From Escherichia phage BB1, in sequence record NC_106597.1: a DNA stretch of 64,000 nucleotides. The stretch is one strand, 5' to 3'. This document shows positions 10,052-21,033 of the stretch, piece by piece. The position numbers and the translations under genes were made by a program. The notes beneath the pieces were generated by a model. The model made no database searches and was not told the DNA's origin. It saw only the letters and a program-made list of their open reading frames with translations. How positions within the stretch are numbered: the stretch's first letter is position 1; every line of letters starts with the position of its first letter.

Positions 10052-12901
10052 TTAAATAGTAGCCCAACCAACAGATTGCTCACCATTTTCCCCTTCTGCT
10101 CTAATCCTGAATCGTAGTTTACGATTAATTCCTAAAGCACCAGAGTTTAATAGTGCAAAATCCGCCTTATTATATGTTAATAGATAGTCATAGGTATAGG
10201 CATCCTCTATCCTAATACTACGAAGCATTCTATCCTGAGAATCATGTATTTCTAGAGTATAATAAATTTCTGGAATTATTTCTTCCTCGGGTATCTTATC
10301 CCAAGCAAGTTTCACGTCTGGTCCAACAAATTCAGTCACGTCTCCAGAAGCTGTATTAGTTACTCTAAAGTTACTAACTACACTTAAGTTTCTAGCAGAG
10401 TTAAGATCCACGGAAAGGGTAACAGGAGAACTACGTCTACCATTAATATCAACAGCACGTAACTCAAAAATAGCTAAACCAGCAGGCTCACCTATAATCT
10501 CCTGAACCATCCTTTCATTAGGATTATTCTCTAATTGCTGAATTATGTAAGGATCTACATGACCTGAATGAGCTATAGAATAATATACTACGTTATTAGT
10601 AAGACTAGGTAGCCAAGATAGTTCCCCATTTTTACCTATAGCACCTATCATACCACCAGGAGTTGGTGTATACTTAAAGTCCCTAGGAGGAAGTACATTA
10701 TTACTAATATCTGGAATATCATTACCACTGTTATCCACTTGATCAGAGTTGATAAATACATCTTCACCATACTCTTGTAGTGTTAAGTTAATCTTACCAT
10801 CACGAGTATTTTCTACTTCATCTACTAGGAAGAACTTATCCTTCCACCCATAACGCTCATAAGTAAAAGCAATCGGATCATTTGGCTCTATACCAATAAA
10901 CTTATAAGGTACTGAGAAGCTAAGTGTACGTGAGTATCTAGATTTTTTAAGTTCCCTATCTGCATAACTACGAGCAGTGTAGTAGTTAGTAATATTTGCA
11001 AAAGATAGCTGAAGTTTTTTATCCAAACCCTTATCTTGTTCTTTAAACTTAGAGTTATAGAATGTAATAGAGTTTGTTTTCCAACTTAGCGCAGGATCTA
11101 CTAGGGATGCTTGTACTGAGTTAAACTTATTTCTACCAGTAGTATCAGATAAGTCTAAGTCCCCGTAAGTATCTAGAAAACCTATCTTCAAAGGAGTTGT
11201 AGAATGCTTCTCTACAGTTATTCTATACTCACCAGATAAGTTATTTATAGCTCCGCCAAAAGAATCCAGTACTCCTTGAACATTTTTAAATACTGATTCG
11301 GAGGTATCTAATATAGTGTTTAACTGAACTACTTGGCGATGTTCAGAAATAGAATCACTCCAACCAACATATCTCCAATAGGGTTGCCAGCTAATCTGAT
11401 AAGATTCATCAATTATATCTAGAATTTTTGCTTCTGATATAATCTTTTGTAGCGGGAACTGATCCAGAGTTATATTAGCCCCATAACGTTCAGAGGTTAG
11501 ATAGTCCATGAGCTGCCAGATACCGTTAAGGCTAGTTTTATCAGCTTTAACAGACCCATCAGAGCTATATACTTTGACTTTCTTACCTTGTACTTCAGCA
11601 CTAATTTCTGGAATTTCAGTTCTATTCTCATTAATAGTAAATCTAACTACAGCGTAGGCTGTGTCTAAGAGCTTATAACGAGAATCCCAGTATTCTGGGC
11701 CATTGCCATTTTGATTTTGTAAATAGAAACCCTTTCTTTTAGCGATATCCACTAATACTTGAGCTGCTGTCTGATCTGGTTTGCCATGAAAAGTCCATAT
11801 TCTTATGTCACCATTACCATCATTATACTTATACTCCTGACCATGAACAGAAGGTTGAGAAGTGCTTGTACCAGCAGCTAGTCTATGCATTGTATCACCT
11901 ACTAGTTTCTTACGACCGAAGCAGGTTCTAGTATTGGAATCTGCTTCATCGAAACAGATCATTGGGCTGTCCCCAATATAGAAATCTAGGAATCCATCAA
12001 TTTCTCCTTCCGAAAAAGCATAGACTACATACACTATATTAGGGTTATTTAGCTCAGTATCTGCAAAAATAGGGATACCAGGGATTTTCTGAACCCCATA
12101 TACAACAGGTATAAATTTAGCAGCTAAGTTAAAGTCTAAATCAACTTCTTTAGTTACAGTCTCATAATACTTTTTAAGACTGTAACTTCTTGATAGCCCA
12201 AAAAGTTTCTTCTTGGACTGAAGTTTATAACGCTCTTCTTTTACTTGATATTTAGCTAATATAGTGGTACTTTTATTAGAGTGGAAGAAGCCATAGTCTT
12301 CTTGGTACTCAGGACGTTTAGCACCATTAGAAGGTTGTAATTGTCCATTAACAACTTCAAGCCCTCGGTGGGAAGCATCATCGGTATAACGACCGTTCAC
12401 TCTATCAAAATCATAGAACTGATTAGAACAGTTCCATGTTATAACAGAGGTTCCTATACCGGAAGTACTAACGTTGTCCTTTATTCCGCCGCCAGTAATT
12501 TTACCACGAAAGAATAGTAAAGGTCCATTAGTATCAGGATCTACAGGAAGAATATTACCTTCTTCATCAATTATAGCTTGATGTATAGTGATAGTTCTAT
12601 CTAAGAAAGATACTCCATTTTGAACTAGTTTTAATACTTCATCTTCTGCTGTACCAGTTATGGTAAAAGATAGACTACCAATAGATAGTTCACGGTTTTG
12701 CTTATGGGAGCCGATACTTTTTACTTTACCAGATCTATATAAGATTCCATTATAGGTAACATCTCTAAAGTAGTCAGTTAAATAAACATAAGTAGCAGCA
12801 GAGCCTGATGAACTAGGAAGCTCTAAAGCTATAAGACAAGCTGTTTTTAGCTTGTCATGAGTATTAAGATATGTTTTAGCACTATCGAGTATCTGCTTCA
12901 T
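10052..12901 (-). CDS. baseplate hub protein (pb3-like)
   Basis: 949 aa, same length as T5 pb3; position between the distal tail protein and pb4-like genes. Confidence 0.6.
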   Translation of the reverse strand: MKQILDSAKTYLNTHDKLKTACLIALELPSSSGSAATYVYLTDYFRDVTYNGILYRSGKVKSIGSHKQNRELSIGSLSFTITGTAEDEVLKLVQNGVSFLDRTITIHQAIIDEEGNILPVDPDTNGPLLFFRGKITGGGIKDNVSTSGIGTSVITWNCSNQFYDFDRVNGRYTDDASHRGLEVVNGQLQPSNGAKRPEYQEDYGFFHSNKSTTILAKYQVKEERYKLQSKKKLFGLSRSYSLKKYYETVTKEVDLDFNLAAKFIPVVYGVQKIPGIPIFADTELNNPNIVYVVYAFSEGEIDGFLDFYIGDSPMICFDEADSNTRTCFGRKKLVGDTMHRLAAGTSTSQPSVHGQEYKYNDGNGDIRIWTFHGKPDQTAAQVLVDIAKRKGFYLQNQNGNGPEYWDSRYKLLDTAYAVVRFTINENRTEIPEISAEVQGKKVKVYSSDGSVKADKTSLNGIWQLMDYLTSERYGANITLDQFPLQKIISEAKILDIIDESYQISWQPYWRYVGWSDSISEHRQVVQLNTILDTSESVFKNVQGVLDSFGGAINNLSGEYRITVEKHSTTPLKIGFLDTYGDLDLSDTTGRNKFNSVQASLVDPALSWKTNSITFYNSKFKEQDKGLDKKLQLSFANITNYYTARSYADRELKKSRYSRTLSFSVPYKFIGIEPNDPIAFTYERYGWKDKFFLVDEVENTRDGKINLTLQEYGEDVFINSDQVDNSGNDIPDISNNVLPPRDFKYTPTPGGMIGAIGKNGELSWLPSLTNNVVYYSIAHSGHVDPYIIQQLENNPNERMVQEIIGEPAGLAIFELRAVDINGRRSSPVTLSVDLNSARNLSVVSNFRVTNTASGDVTEFVGPDVKLAWDKIPEEEIIPEIYYTLEIHDSQDRMLRSIRIEDAYTYDYLLTYNKADFALLNSGALGINRKLRFRIRAEGENGEQSVGWATI

Positions 12902-13512
12902 AGACTTTCCCTCAAGGAAAGTGAAATACCAGAGTAAGTACCATTGTTATTTAATGTAGAACCAAAAGAATCAGCATTCATTAGCTTAGTTCTAAATAAG
13001 ATACCATTAAAAACTGGTTTTTCACTACCCGTAGTAGTAATAAATAGGTCAGGGTATAAGGATAAGTTCCATACATTTCCTGAGCTAGTAAAATTTGTTA
13101 TTTTATAGACTTTTGGGTGATTGGATAATTTAAATAGATCTCCAGCTTTTGGTAGTCCTGTCAAAGTTCCATTAGTATTTAGTATAATCTGAGAACCTTT
13201 CTGGCCTGCTGGTATAGTAACACTTTTAGTATCACCACGTACTCTAAATGCTTCATACTGAGGTAGAAGTACTTCTAGATAATCTCCAGTTCTTTTATAT
13301 TCTAAAATTTTAGAATCTAGGAATGCATATTCATCTGGGAAAAGTTCCGGGTATGAGATATTAATTCCCCAGTATTGAGCAGATATTTTAACCTCTTTGA
13401 CTTTACCATTAGGTAATTCATCACGAATCATAGGGTCATTATCTACTACGTTGACGCTTTCAAAACCTAACCCTGGGTACTCTGGGTTCGTGTATGGATC
13501 TGGTAGTCTCAT
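12898..13512 (-). CDS. distal tail protein (Dit, pb9-like)
   Basis: 204 aa; directly downstream of the tape measure gene with an overlapping stop/start with the hub gene. Confidence 0.55.
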   Translation of the reverse strand: MRLPDPYTNPEYPGLGFESVNVVDNDPMIRDELPNGKVKEVKISAQYWGINISYPELFPDEYAFLDSKILEYKRTGDYLEVLLPQYEAFRVRGDTKSVTIPAGQKGSQIILNTNGTLTGLPKAGDLFKLSNHPKVYKITNFTSSGNVWNLSLYPDLFITTTGSEKPVFNGILFRTKLMNADSFGSTLNNNGTYSGISLSLRESL

Positions 13513-13579
13513 AGTTAATTTCTCCTCTTTAATAACAATATTATAATAGTATTGGAAAATTTTATCAAGAAATTTTTAT

Positions 13580-13617
13580 TTTTCCATAAAGAAAAGGAGG
13601 ACATAAAGTCCTCCTCC
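13580..13617 (-). terminator. rho-independent terminator downstream of the tape measure gene
   Basis: Hairpin GGAGGAC-ataaa-GTCCTCC followed on the minus strand by TTTTCTTTATGG. Confidence 0.55.
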
Positions 13618-13621
13618 AATA

Positions 13622-16600
13622 TTACATATTACCAAGAGATTTAAGGGTGGATCCATTCTCATTAAGAGCCAGTTCCACGGCATCTCTTAAAGCAGTGCTG
13701 TTATTCGATGCAAAATCTCTAAAGCTAGCAGCATCCATTGTGCTAATATTCAGAATGATTGGTCTTCCAGAGGTAGTCTTTGATCCATCAGAAAGCTGAT
13801 CATTAGGTGTGGCTTTCATAGGAACCATAGGAGTTACTACTTCGGTACCATGCTCACCCATTTGATAACTAACCCCAGGGTACATCATACCACCTTCAGC
13901 ACGAGGAACAAATGAGTTGGCATTACCAATACCTTTATCACCACGTAGGTAGGATAATTCTCCTGAGCTAGCTTGCATAGATACATCAACGTTCTTCTGT
14001 CGCTCACCTAGGGTTAGGTACTGAGTAGTATCTGCTCCAGAATCTGCAATAGAAGACATACCAGATGCAGAAGATGCTTGAGCAAGAGCTAAGGCACCTG
14101 CTAAACCTGCCGCCACCATCAAAGGAATAGAGAACGGGTATGGTACAGCTGTTGCTGCCTGCATTACTGCCACTGCTGTCTGGATAATAATTTGTTTCTT
14201 TGCTGCGTCTTGCTGGATTTTTAACTTTTCAGCTTCTAACTTTTTCAGTTTAGCTTTAGATGCTTCAGATTTACCATCTCGTTTCTGTTCTGCTGCAATA
14301 GCCTGATCAATTGCACTAACCTGTTGACTAGTACTATATTGAATCATAGAGGCCACAGTCTGCATACCAGAAGCAATCATAGACGTAGTATCTAGAGATC
14401 CCTGTGAGAATTGAATCATAGAGTTAGTTAAATTACCCATGCTTTGAGCTACAGCAGTTGCTTCGGAATTTAACTCAGATAGTTTAGAGATTGCCTGATC
14501 ATATGAAGACATCCTATTCTGCATATCAGCAAAATCTTTATCTGCTCCAGATAGACCAGTTGTAGGAGTATAAGTAGCTCCAACAGAAGAACCTACCTGT
14601 TGCTGCATCTGAGCATTACGTTGTGCTGTTAAAGCTGACATCTGGGCCCTTGTCTTGGCTATTTCGGCATTCCAGCGCATTTGCTCGTTAGCATTACCTT
14701 TGGTAAGTTCTTTCATCTGAGTATAAAAATCTAACTGCATTTCCATTTTTTGCATTTCCCCTGCCAGAGGGAACATGGAAGTTAGAGTATTTTCAAAGGC
14801 TTCTTGCCTTTTACTGGTCATTTCAGCTTGCTGATCCTGACGGAATTTCCATATTTCACGTTCAATTTGGGCTTGAGAACGTCTAGACTGTTCAGCCTCT
14901 TTCTGTTTATCAGCTTGTTTTGTATACCATTCGTACTTCTCTTTTTCAATGGTCAATTCAAGATTTAACTGTGCTAGACGATACTGAGTATCTGTCATAG
15001 TACGGTTATTTAAGAGAGCTATCTCACGATCTACACCAAGAATTTTATCTGTGTAATCCTTGACCTTCTTCTGAGCTTCCATACCATGATTGGTAAGTTT
15101 AAGTTTCTCCAGCTGAATTTTTTCAATTTCTTTCTCAACAGCTTTATTTCCCTGGTTTGTTTGAAGAACACGGCGTAAAGCAGTTTCTTGCTCTTCTAAC
15201 TGTTGCAACTCTAAACGTCTACCAGCTTCCTGAGCTTTTTCCTTATCCTTAGTTTGATTATACACATCAGCTATTTTCTGTTGAACTGCTAACTGATTTT
15301 TAGTTTCATTACCCGTTAGTTTAACGTACTCGGATAAGGCTTGGGAAGCAGTTTTCATCTCAGATAGGGTGTTAAACCCTAAGTTGAGACTTTTAACATA
15401 CTCATCCGCACTCTTACCAGTTCCTGCGGAGAGAGATTCTACATTTCTAATTACCTCTTCAAAAGTTGCACTAGTTTTAGCAGCGGTATCTGTACTACTA
15501 GCTATATTTTGAAAGTCATTAGCTAAATCACTAGCCGTTTTCTTAGTCTGATTATATGCTTTTTGTTGTTCTGTCAGGCTCTTTAGAGCAGCAGAATTAA
15601 AGTCGTATACAGCATCTGGGTCATACACATCTTTCTGTAGATTAATCTGTTTCTGGAACTCTGGATTAGCTTTTGCAGCAGCAGCTCCAGCAGCTTGATA
15701 AGCCGATTTCCAAGCATTGAGGTTCTCTGTAGAATCCTCTACTTCCTTACCAAGTCTAGTTACTTGTAGACCCATAGCCGCTGTTTCTTCTACAAACTTT
15801 TTATTAGCTTCGGAAGCGCCCGCGGCTGCAATACCAACAGGAATACCTTCACCAACTTGACGTATAGCTAGTTTTGTATAGAAATCTGCTTGTTCCATTC
15901 GTTTATCGAACTCAGATTTTAGCTTATTACGCTTATCAAGAGATTCCTTATACATATCTAGAGCTTTATTATAGCCTTCTTCAGAAGCGGCCAAACTTAA
16001 AGCAACAGCACCAACGTTGGTAGGATCTATCTGTCTATTAGTTTTTTCTTGAGCTCTAGCTGCTTCAGCAGATACAGAAGCCTGAGAAGTATAAAATACT
16101 GTGTTGATAGCATCAATTACTGGCCCTAAGTACTTAGCAGCAGCTTGTTGTATTGTTCTTAGTGCAGCATCTGCGTTAGCAGCAAATTGCTCCCACGGAG
16201 TAGCACGTAAAACTTCATCTAAGTAACCAAAACGTTTAGTAGATTCTGCTATAACAGCATTAGCATACGCTTGCTGTTTCTGGAAGGTAGTAAGGCTATT
16301 AATATTATATGTTATACCCGTGTTTGCAGCATTTAACTGTTTAACGTAATCAGCATAAGCATCGTTAAGACGAATAGTAACACCAAGTTCATCCAGAAGT
16401 TCGATTTCTTGTTTAGATACACCCTTAATTACACGGTTAAGTGCGTCAGTCATATCAACGCCAAGAACAGCAGCAGCACGACGAGCTACTAGACCAAACT
16501 TATTAAGTTGTTCAGCATCAAATCCATAAGCGGACGCTGAGGATGCTTGTCTCATAGCTTCTTCAAAAGAGATTGCATAGCCAGCTGCCTCTTGCAGTGA

Positions 16601-17305
16601 TCTAGCAAGGGACTGAACAGGAGTACCTGTCTGAGTACCTACTATAACACCAAATTTTTCTAGACGATTTAGCTGATCACCTAGTTTAAGTTGTTCGAAT
16701 GCAGATTGCAAAACGAAGATGTTGGAAGCAAGAGCTGCGTACATAATAGGTAAACTACCACCTATCTTAGCCATTGCTGCAAAATCACGAGTTGCACCGC
16801 GTGCTGAACCAGAAGTATTACCAATAGCTCTAGAAGCTCTACCAGCAGCACCAGCAGTATCATTAAAACCTCTAGCTGTACCGCCTAAAACTCTATTGGT
16901 ATCATACAATCTATCTTGAACTTTCTCTGTTGCAGCTGCAACATCATTACCCATTGCTTTAACAGATCTAGAAACTCCATCGAATCCAATTTCTAGTTTA
17001 TCTGTTACTTCAATAAGTTGGATAGCCAGGTAATCTAGCTTATCACCAATACCATCAATGGATTTAGTGATACCAGCCATACCCCTACTAGCTTGCATTT
17101 TAGTAAGACTTTTTGCTGCTCTATCTGCTGCCCTCTCAATGGAGTATAGAGTTCTGGGCATTTTACCTAACTGTTCATTTGTTAGTTCAGAAGCAGCAGC
17201 AGCGTTCTCTAATGCATCAGCTACGTTTTCAATAGACTTTGCAGTACGAGTTGCCCCCTTCTGTTTAACGTCTATTAGTAATTCTCGTATTAGCTTATCA
17301 GTCAT
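13622..17305 (-). CDS. tail tape measure protein (pb2-like)
   Basis: 1227 aa; long Ala/Gln-rich coiled-coil segments, hydrophobic stretch and Gly-rich C-terminal region; size and position as in T5. Confidence 0.85.
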   Translation of the reverse strand: MTDKLIRELLIDVKQKGATRTAKSIENVADALENAAAASELTNEQLGKMPRTLYSIERAADRAAKSLTKMQASRGMAGITKSIDGIGDKLDYLAIQLIEVTDKLEIGFDGVSRSVKAMGNDVAAATEKVQDRLYDTNRVLGGTARGFNDTAGAAGRASRAIGNTSGSARGATRDFAAMAKIGGSLPIMYAALASNIFVLQSAFEQLKLGDQLNRLEKFGVIVGTQTGTPVQSLARSLQEAAGYAISFEEAMRQASSASAYGFDAEQLNKFGLVARRAAAVLGVDMTDALNRVIKGVSKQEIELLDELGVTIRLNDAYADYVKQLNAANTGITYNINSLTTFQKQQAYANAVIAESTKRFGYLDEVLRATPWEQFAANADAALRTIQQAAAKYLGPVIDAINTVFYTSQASVSAEAARAQEKTNRQIDPTNVGAVALSLAASEEGYNKALDMYKESLDKRNKLKSEFDKRMEQADFYTKLAIRQVGEGIPVGIAAAGASEANKKFVEETAAMGLQVTRLGKEVEDSTENLNAWKSAYQAAGAAAAKANPEFQKQINLQKDVYDPDAVYDFNSAALKSLTEQQKAYNQTKKTASDLANDFQNIASSTDTAAKTSATFEEVIRNVESLSAGTGKSADEYVKSLNLGFNTLSEMKTASQALSEYVKLTGNETKNQLAVQQKIADVYNQTKDKEKAQEAGRRLELQQLEEQETALRRVLQTNQGNKAVEKEIEKIQLEKLKLTNHGMEAQKKVKDYTDKILGVDREIALLNNRTMTDTQYRLAQLNLELTIEKEKYEWYTKQADKQKEAEQSRRSQAQIEREIWKFRQDQQAEMTSKRQEAFENTLTSMFPLAGEMQKMEMQLDFYTQMKELTKGNANEQMRWNAEIAKTRAQMSALTAQRNAQMQQQVGSSVGATYTPTTGLSGADKDFADMQNRMSSYDQAISKLSELNSEATAVAQSMGNLTNSMIQFSQGSLDTTSMIASGMQTVASMIQYSTSQQVSAIDQAIAAEQKRDGKSEASKAKLKKLEAEKLKIQQDAAKKQIIIQTAVAVMQAATAVPYPFSIPLMVAAGLAGALALAQASSASGMSSIADSGADTTQYLTLGERQKNVDVSMQASSGELSYLRGDKGIGNANSFVPRAEGGMMYPGVSYQMGEHGTEVVTPMVPMKATPNDQLSDGSKTTSGRPIILNISTMDAASFRDFASNNSTALRDAVELALNENGSTLKSLGNM

Positions 17306-17311
17306 ATTTTA

Positions 17312-17353
17312 TTTTTCCCAATAAAAAAGGCTCTGGGCAAATCACCCAGAGCC
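17312..17353 (-). terminator. terminator-like hairpin plus T-run immediately upstream of the tape measure start
   Basis: GGCTCTGGGC-aaatca-CCCAGAGCC followed on the minus strand by TTTTTTATTGGGAAAAATAAAAT then ATG. Confidence 0.5.
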
Positions 17354-17388
17354 AAGCCTCATCGTGGAACGCCCATTGGAGGAAACTT

Positions 17389-17757
17389 TTACCGTGCACG
17401 AGATCTAGCATGTGGCTTAACGTTAGGAATCCTTCCGTTTTGCGGTTTATGCTTCTCGGCACGTTTACGTGCAGCATCTACAGCTTTAGCATCAAATATA
17501 TTGATAATGTGTAGAACAAATTCTTTTTCTATAGGATCAGTAATCCCATAAATATCAAATAAAACACCTAAAGCAGCTTTGTCTTTACCTATAAAAATAG
17601 GAAAGTCACCAGGTATGAAACAGTCAATTAGACTATTATAAATATTCATACTAATAGCTACAATAGGTGGAAAGTCTTCAAGTTCAACAGGCATAGCCTT
17701 AGGATCAGGCTCTATACCCATTGATTCACAAAGTATTAAATATTGTTGTTTAGTCAT
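17389..17757 (-). CDS. putative tail assembly chaperone
   Basis: 122 aa, acidic N-terminus; sits in the position between tail tube and tape measure genes where siphophage chaperones lie. Confidence 0.3.
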   Translation of the reverse strand: MTKQQYLILCESMGIEPDPKAMPVELEDFPPIVAISMNIYNSLIDCFIPGDFPIFIGKDKAALGVLFDIYGITDPIEKEFVLHIINIFDAKAVDAARKRAEKHKPQNGRIPNVKPHARSRAR

Positions 17758-17818
17758 TTTAGATGCTGAGCTTTTAATACACTTATCTGCAAAATCAGCA
17801 ACAGCATCTAGTAATTCT

Positions 17819-18223
17819 TTACGCTTTTGAGCTACGAAAAGTGTCTAAGTGGAACACTGTCTGGTTGATCCAAGAATCAAACGCGGCGGAGTTCTGCATA
17901 AGCATTACAGCATTATCACGACTAAATGGAACTTCAGTAGCAGGATCAGCATCTGTTTCAATCAGCATCAGTTTTTCAACGTCACCTACAGTCAAACCAG
18001 TCCAACCTTTAATCGCAGCATCAACGAAGGCTTCAATGAACTTATCATCATCCTGTACCTGAATCAAAGTACCGTTAACCCACTCGTCACGCTTAGCAGA
18101 AGTGATAACTCGCTTAGAAGTAGCACGAGACATATAATTAAGCTCTAGCTTAAAGTTAGGCATACCTGGGTATGAAAGGGTGACAGTACGAGTTTCTAGG
18201 GTAATATCTTTTAAGTTAATCAT
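17819..18223 (-). CDS. putative tail assembly protein
   Basis: 134 aa; start overlaps the upstream gene stop. Confidence 0.3.
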   Translation of the reverse strand: MINLKDITLETRTVTLSYPGMPNFKLELNYMSRATSKRVITSAKRDEWVNGTLIQVQDDDKFIEAFVDAAIKGWTGLTVGDVEKLMLIETDADPATEVPFSRDNAVMLMQNSAAFDSWINQTVFHLDTFRSSKA

Positions 18224-19119
18224 TATTTTCTTTCTCCAAAGAAGTTTATTTCTACAGGATCTGAATCAGCAGTTGGTATTACATCATACTCTACCTGATA
18301 CAAATCTGAGAAGTTTAGGCGTTTTGAAATACGTGCTAAAGGGAATGTTATAGAAACATATTTATTTTTAATAATTAGTGGAGTTCTTGTTTCCGGGTCT
18401 AGATTCAAGAACTTATCTCCTACCAATCTCTTAACGTAATAGAAAGCTAGCGTTGCGGAAGCATTCATCTCATTGACATAAGCTCGTTTATTAGTATAAA
18501 CTTTATTTATATCAAATATACTTCTATCTTCTCTCCAAGAACATTGTTGCTGGAAGGACATAGATGCTGAAATTAATGCGGGCAATGGCGCGCTATTAGT
18601 ATACACAGCTGGAGGACTATATGGAAGTACTTCACCTTGTGTAATTGTATATCCATCGCGGAAAGTAGATACTTCAGAGAATTTTCCAGACTCAATACCA
18701 ACATTTAGGATCGGTATACTCTTATCTAAAGAAAAATCAACTGTTGATACATAACAGTTTTCGAAATAAATACAGCTATTATTATGATTAATAATATACA
18801 TATTGAACATAATAGGTTCAATATTGGGAGTATTTCTTGGCAAAAATAAAGAATTTCCCTCACGCGTGAATCCCATCCAATCAAAGAAATTAGATTCAAT
18901 AAGCGTAGTACTGAAATTTATTGCCAATGAAATAGATGAAGGATCTTGAGCATTAATAATAGAGTCTGCATAGTTGGTACGATTATGAATAGTACGTCTA
19001 AGAGTTTTAAACTCTTGAAAAGACGTACTAGCATCATAGTTAGAGAGGGCATCGAAATGATACCCTCTACCATCATACTCAATAACTATTTTAGACTCTC
19101 GCATGAGAGAATAAAACAT
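18223..19119 (-). CDS. tail protein (p140-like)
   Basis: 298 aa, immediately downstream of the tail tube gene. Confidence 0.4.
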   Translation of the reverse strand: MFYSLMRESKIVIEYDGRGYHFDALSNYDASTSFQEFKTLRRTIHNRTNYADSIINAQDPSSISLAINFSTTLIESNFFDWMGFTREGNSLFLPRNTPNIEPIMFNMYIINHNNSCIYFENCYVSTVDFSLDKSIPILNVGIESGKFSEVSTFRDGYTITQGEVLPYSPPAVYTNSAPLPALISASMSFQQQCSWREDRSIFDINKVYTNKRAYVNEMNASATLAFYYVKRLVGDKFLNLDPETRTPLIIKNKYVSITFPLARISKRLNFSDLYQVEYDVIPTADSDPVEINFFGERK

Positions 19120-19123
19120 TTAA

Positions 19124-20518
19124 TTAACCACCTGCTGTTACAGTAATCTGTTTAGTGCCTTTAACTCCAGAACCATCTTTAGCAGTAGCTTCTACAGTTA
19201 CTGCACCAGTTTTACTAACATCTGCTTTTAGTAATCCTGTTGCACTGATAGTAGCTGCATCACCAGCAGTGATAGCCCAAGTAACTTCCTTATTTTCTGC
19301 GGAAGAAGGAGTAACTTCAACACTCATCTGAAGAGTGGCAGAAGTGTTTACTGTAGTAACATTACCCGCAGATTTAACAGTAATTGCAGTTACAGCATCA
19401 GTAGCACCATTACCATTAACAATCAAGTTATTAATAGTTGTTTTGGTATACTTACTAGAGAAGCCTAAGTAACCCTCATCACCTGCATCCAGCTCTGACG
19501 GAATAGCCTTAAACTCTACTGATGTACCAAGTACATCATCAGTCTCAATCGTAGGAATATTAACGTGCGCTTGTTTGGCTACCAGAATAGCTGCAGGACG
19601 TTCATCCTCATACTCGCCACCAAGTACTAGAGCTATTTCGAAGCGGTTAACTACCTTCAGAGTTTTGATAAGATCTTTATACAGTTCCATAGAACCAAGA
19701 GATTTATCATTCAGATAAGCAGTTAACGAACCAGTTAATTCAAAAGCACCAGTAAAGGAACCAATTGGAATAGTAACACGGGACATTACATTAGGTGTTA
19801 GATAAGTAATGTTGTTGTTAATAGTAAAAGTACCACCGGTAATTGGTATGTCGTAAGACTTATTGGTATCCATGTCCTTGATCTTAAGGATCGTTAATTT
19901 GTTCTTGATGTAAGAACCCTGGATAGTCATATAAGTTTCATCATCAATACCTATTTCATCTGGGTCAAATGGTTGCTCATCCAGAGGAATAAGCTGATTA
20001 CCATTACCAGACCAAGTTACACGGCCAATATCTTCAATATCAACGTTAACTTCTGCTTGATTAATCTGACAGGAATCGATATAACTCCATGCTTTATCAG
20101 TCAGAATATAAATGTGTAACATTGCTAACTCGTGATAAGAGTTATCTTTGAAGTTAACCATAAAGTTAGCTTCGTTATTGTGTGCCCCCGTATTACCTTC
20201 TAGGTTAATAGCTTTACCACTAGAAAGTGCATGCCATAACATATAGTCAGGAACAATTTGTTTGTTAGTAGTTTTGTCTTTATATGGCAGGATATAGGTA
20301 GAGAAACTCCACTCAGCTGCGTTTAAAGAGTCGTTAAAACGTTTAGAACCACGAGTTGGACGCGGACCAGCCTCATTAACAGTAATATCTGTTGAGTTAC
20401 TGTCCTGACCCCAAGAAATATCATCCTGAACTAGAATCTCTTGCGTGTTGGTCTTATTATGACCAGTCTTAACCGTAGACACGAAGATTCGAGTATTACG
20501 TAATAGTTGTAAAGACAT
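19124..20518 (-). CDS. major tail tube protein (pb6-like) with C-terminal Ig-like domain
   Basis: 464 aa as in T5 pb6; C-terminal Thr/Val-rich Ig-like (BIG2-type) segment. Confidence 0.75.
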   Translation of the reverse strand: MSLQLLRNTRIFVSTVKTGHNKTNTQEILVQDDISWGQDSNSTDITVNEAGPRPTRGSKRFNDSLNAAEWSFSTYILPYKDKTTNKQIVPDYMLWHALSSGKAINLEGNTGAHNNEANFMVNFKDNSYHELAMLHIYILTDKAWSYIDSCQINQAEVNVDIEDIGRVTWSGNGNQLIPLDEQPFDPDEIGIDDETYMTIQGSYIKNKLTILKIKDMDTNKSYDIPITGGTFTINNNITYLTPNVMSRVTIPIGSFTGAFELTGSLTAYLNDKSLGSMELYKDLIKTLKVVNRFEIALVLGGEYEDERPAAILVAKQAHVNIPTIETDDVLGTSVEFKAIPSELDAGDEGYLGFSSKYTKTTINNLIVNGNGATDAVTAITVKSAGNVTTVNTSATLQMSVEVTPSSAENKEVTWAITAGDAATISATGLLKADVSKTGAVTVEATAKDGSGVKGTKQITVTAGG

Positions 20519-20544
20519 TTAATTATTTTCTCCTAATCTGTAAC

Positions 20545-21030
20545 TTATCTGCGAAGTGACCTACGTGGAGGCTGATACCTCACTGTTACATTTATTTCTG
20601 CTAAACCATATGGGGCCAGTAGACCCTCATCTGTACTAACTGATGTAATGATCATATCAGTTGCCTCACATGGGAAGGTCGATCCATTAGGTTTACTAAC
20701 AGTATATTCTAAATTTCCACCTGTGTCAATAACGGTTTTTATATCCGCTACGAGTTTTTCAAGTTGCTCTTGAATGTCTGTTTTCTCTTTATCGTACACC
20801 AGGATTGGAAGTTCTAAAAACATCCACTGTTGGCCTGAAGGAAGATACTGCCCAGTTTCAGTTCCGATATGAACTGCTACATAAGGAAACTCTCGTATTT
20901 CCTCAAATTTATAGGTTTGACGAGAAACGTTTCCGTATAGATTATTAAAATATTCGTCAGGTTGAGAACCATCCATTTGTTTAGAGATTCGGTCAACCAT
21001 AGCTTGTGCAATACTTGTTCTGTGGTCCAT
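20545..21030 (-). CDS. tail terminator protein (p142-like)
   Basis: 161 aa; position between head-completion genes and the tail tube gene. Confidence 0.45.
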   Translation of the reverse strand: MDHRTSIAQAMVDRISKQMDGSQPDEYFNNLYGNVSRQTYKFEEIREFPYVAVHIGTETGQYLPSGQQWMFLELPILVYDKEKTDIQEQLEKLVADIKTVIDTGGNLEYTVSKPNGSTFPCEATDMIITSVSTDEGLLAPYGLAEINVTVRYQPPRRSLRR

Positions 21031-21033
21031 TTA

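Noticed and set aside
16719-18148. Antisense ORFs of 60-100 aa inside the tape measure and chaperone genes
   Set aside because: Fully embedded in long, well-supported minus-strand genes on the opposite strand, with no start-site signals.
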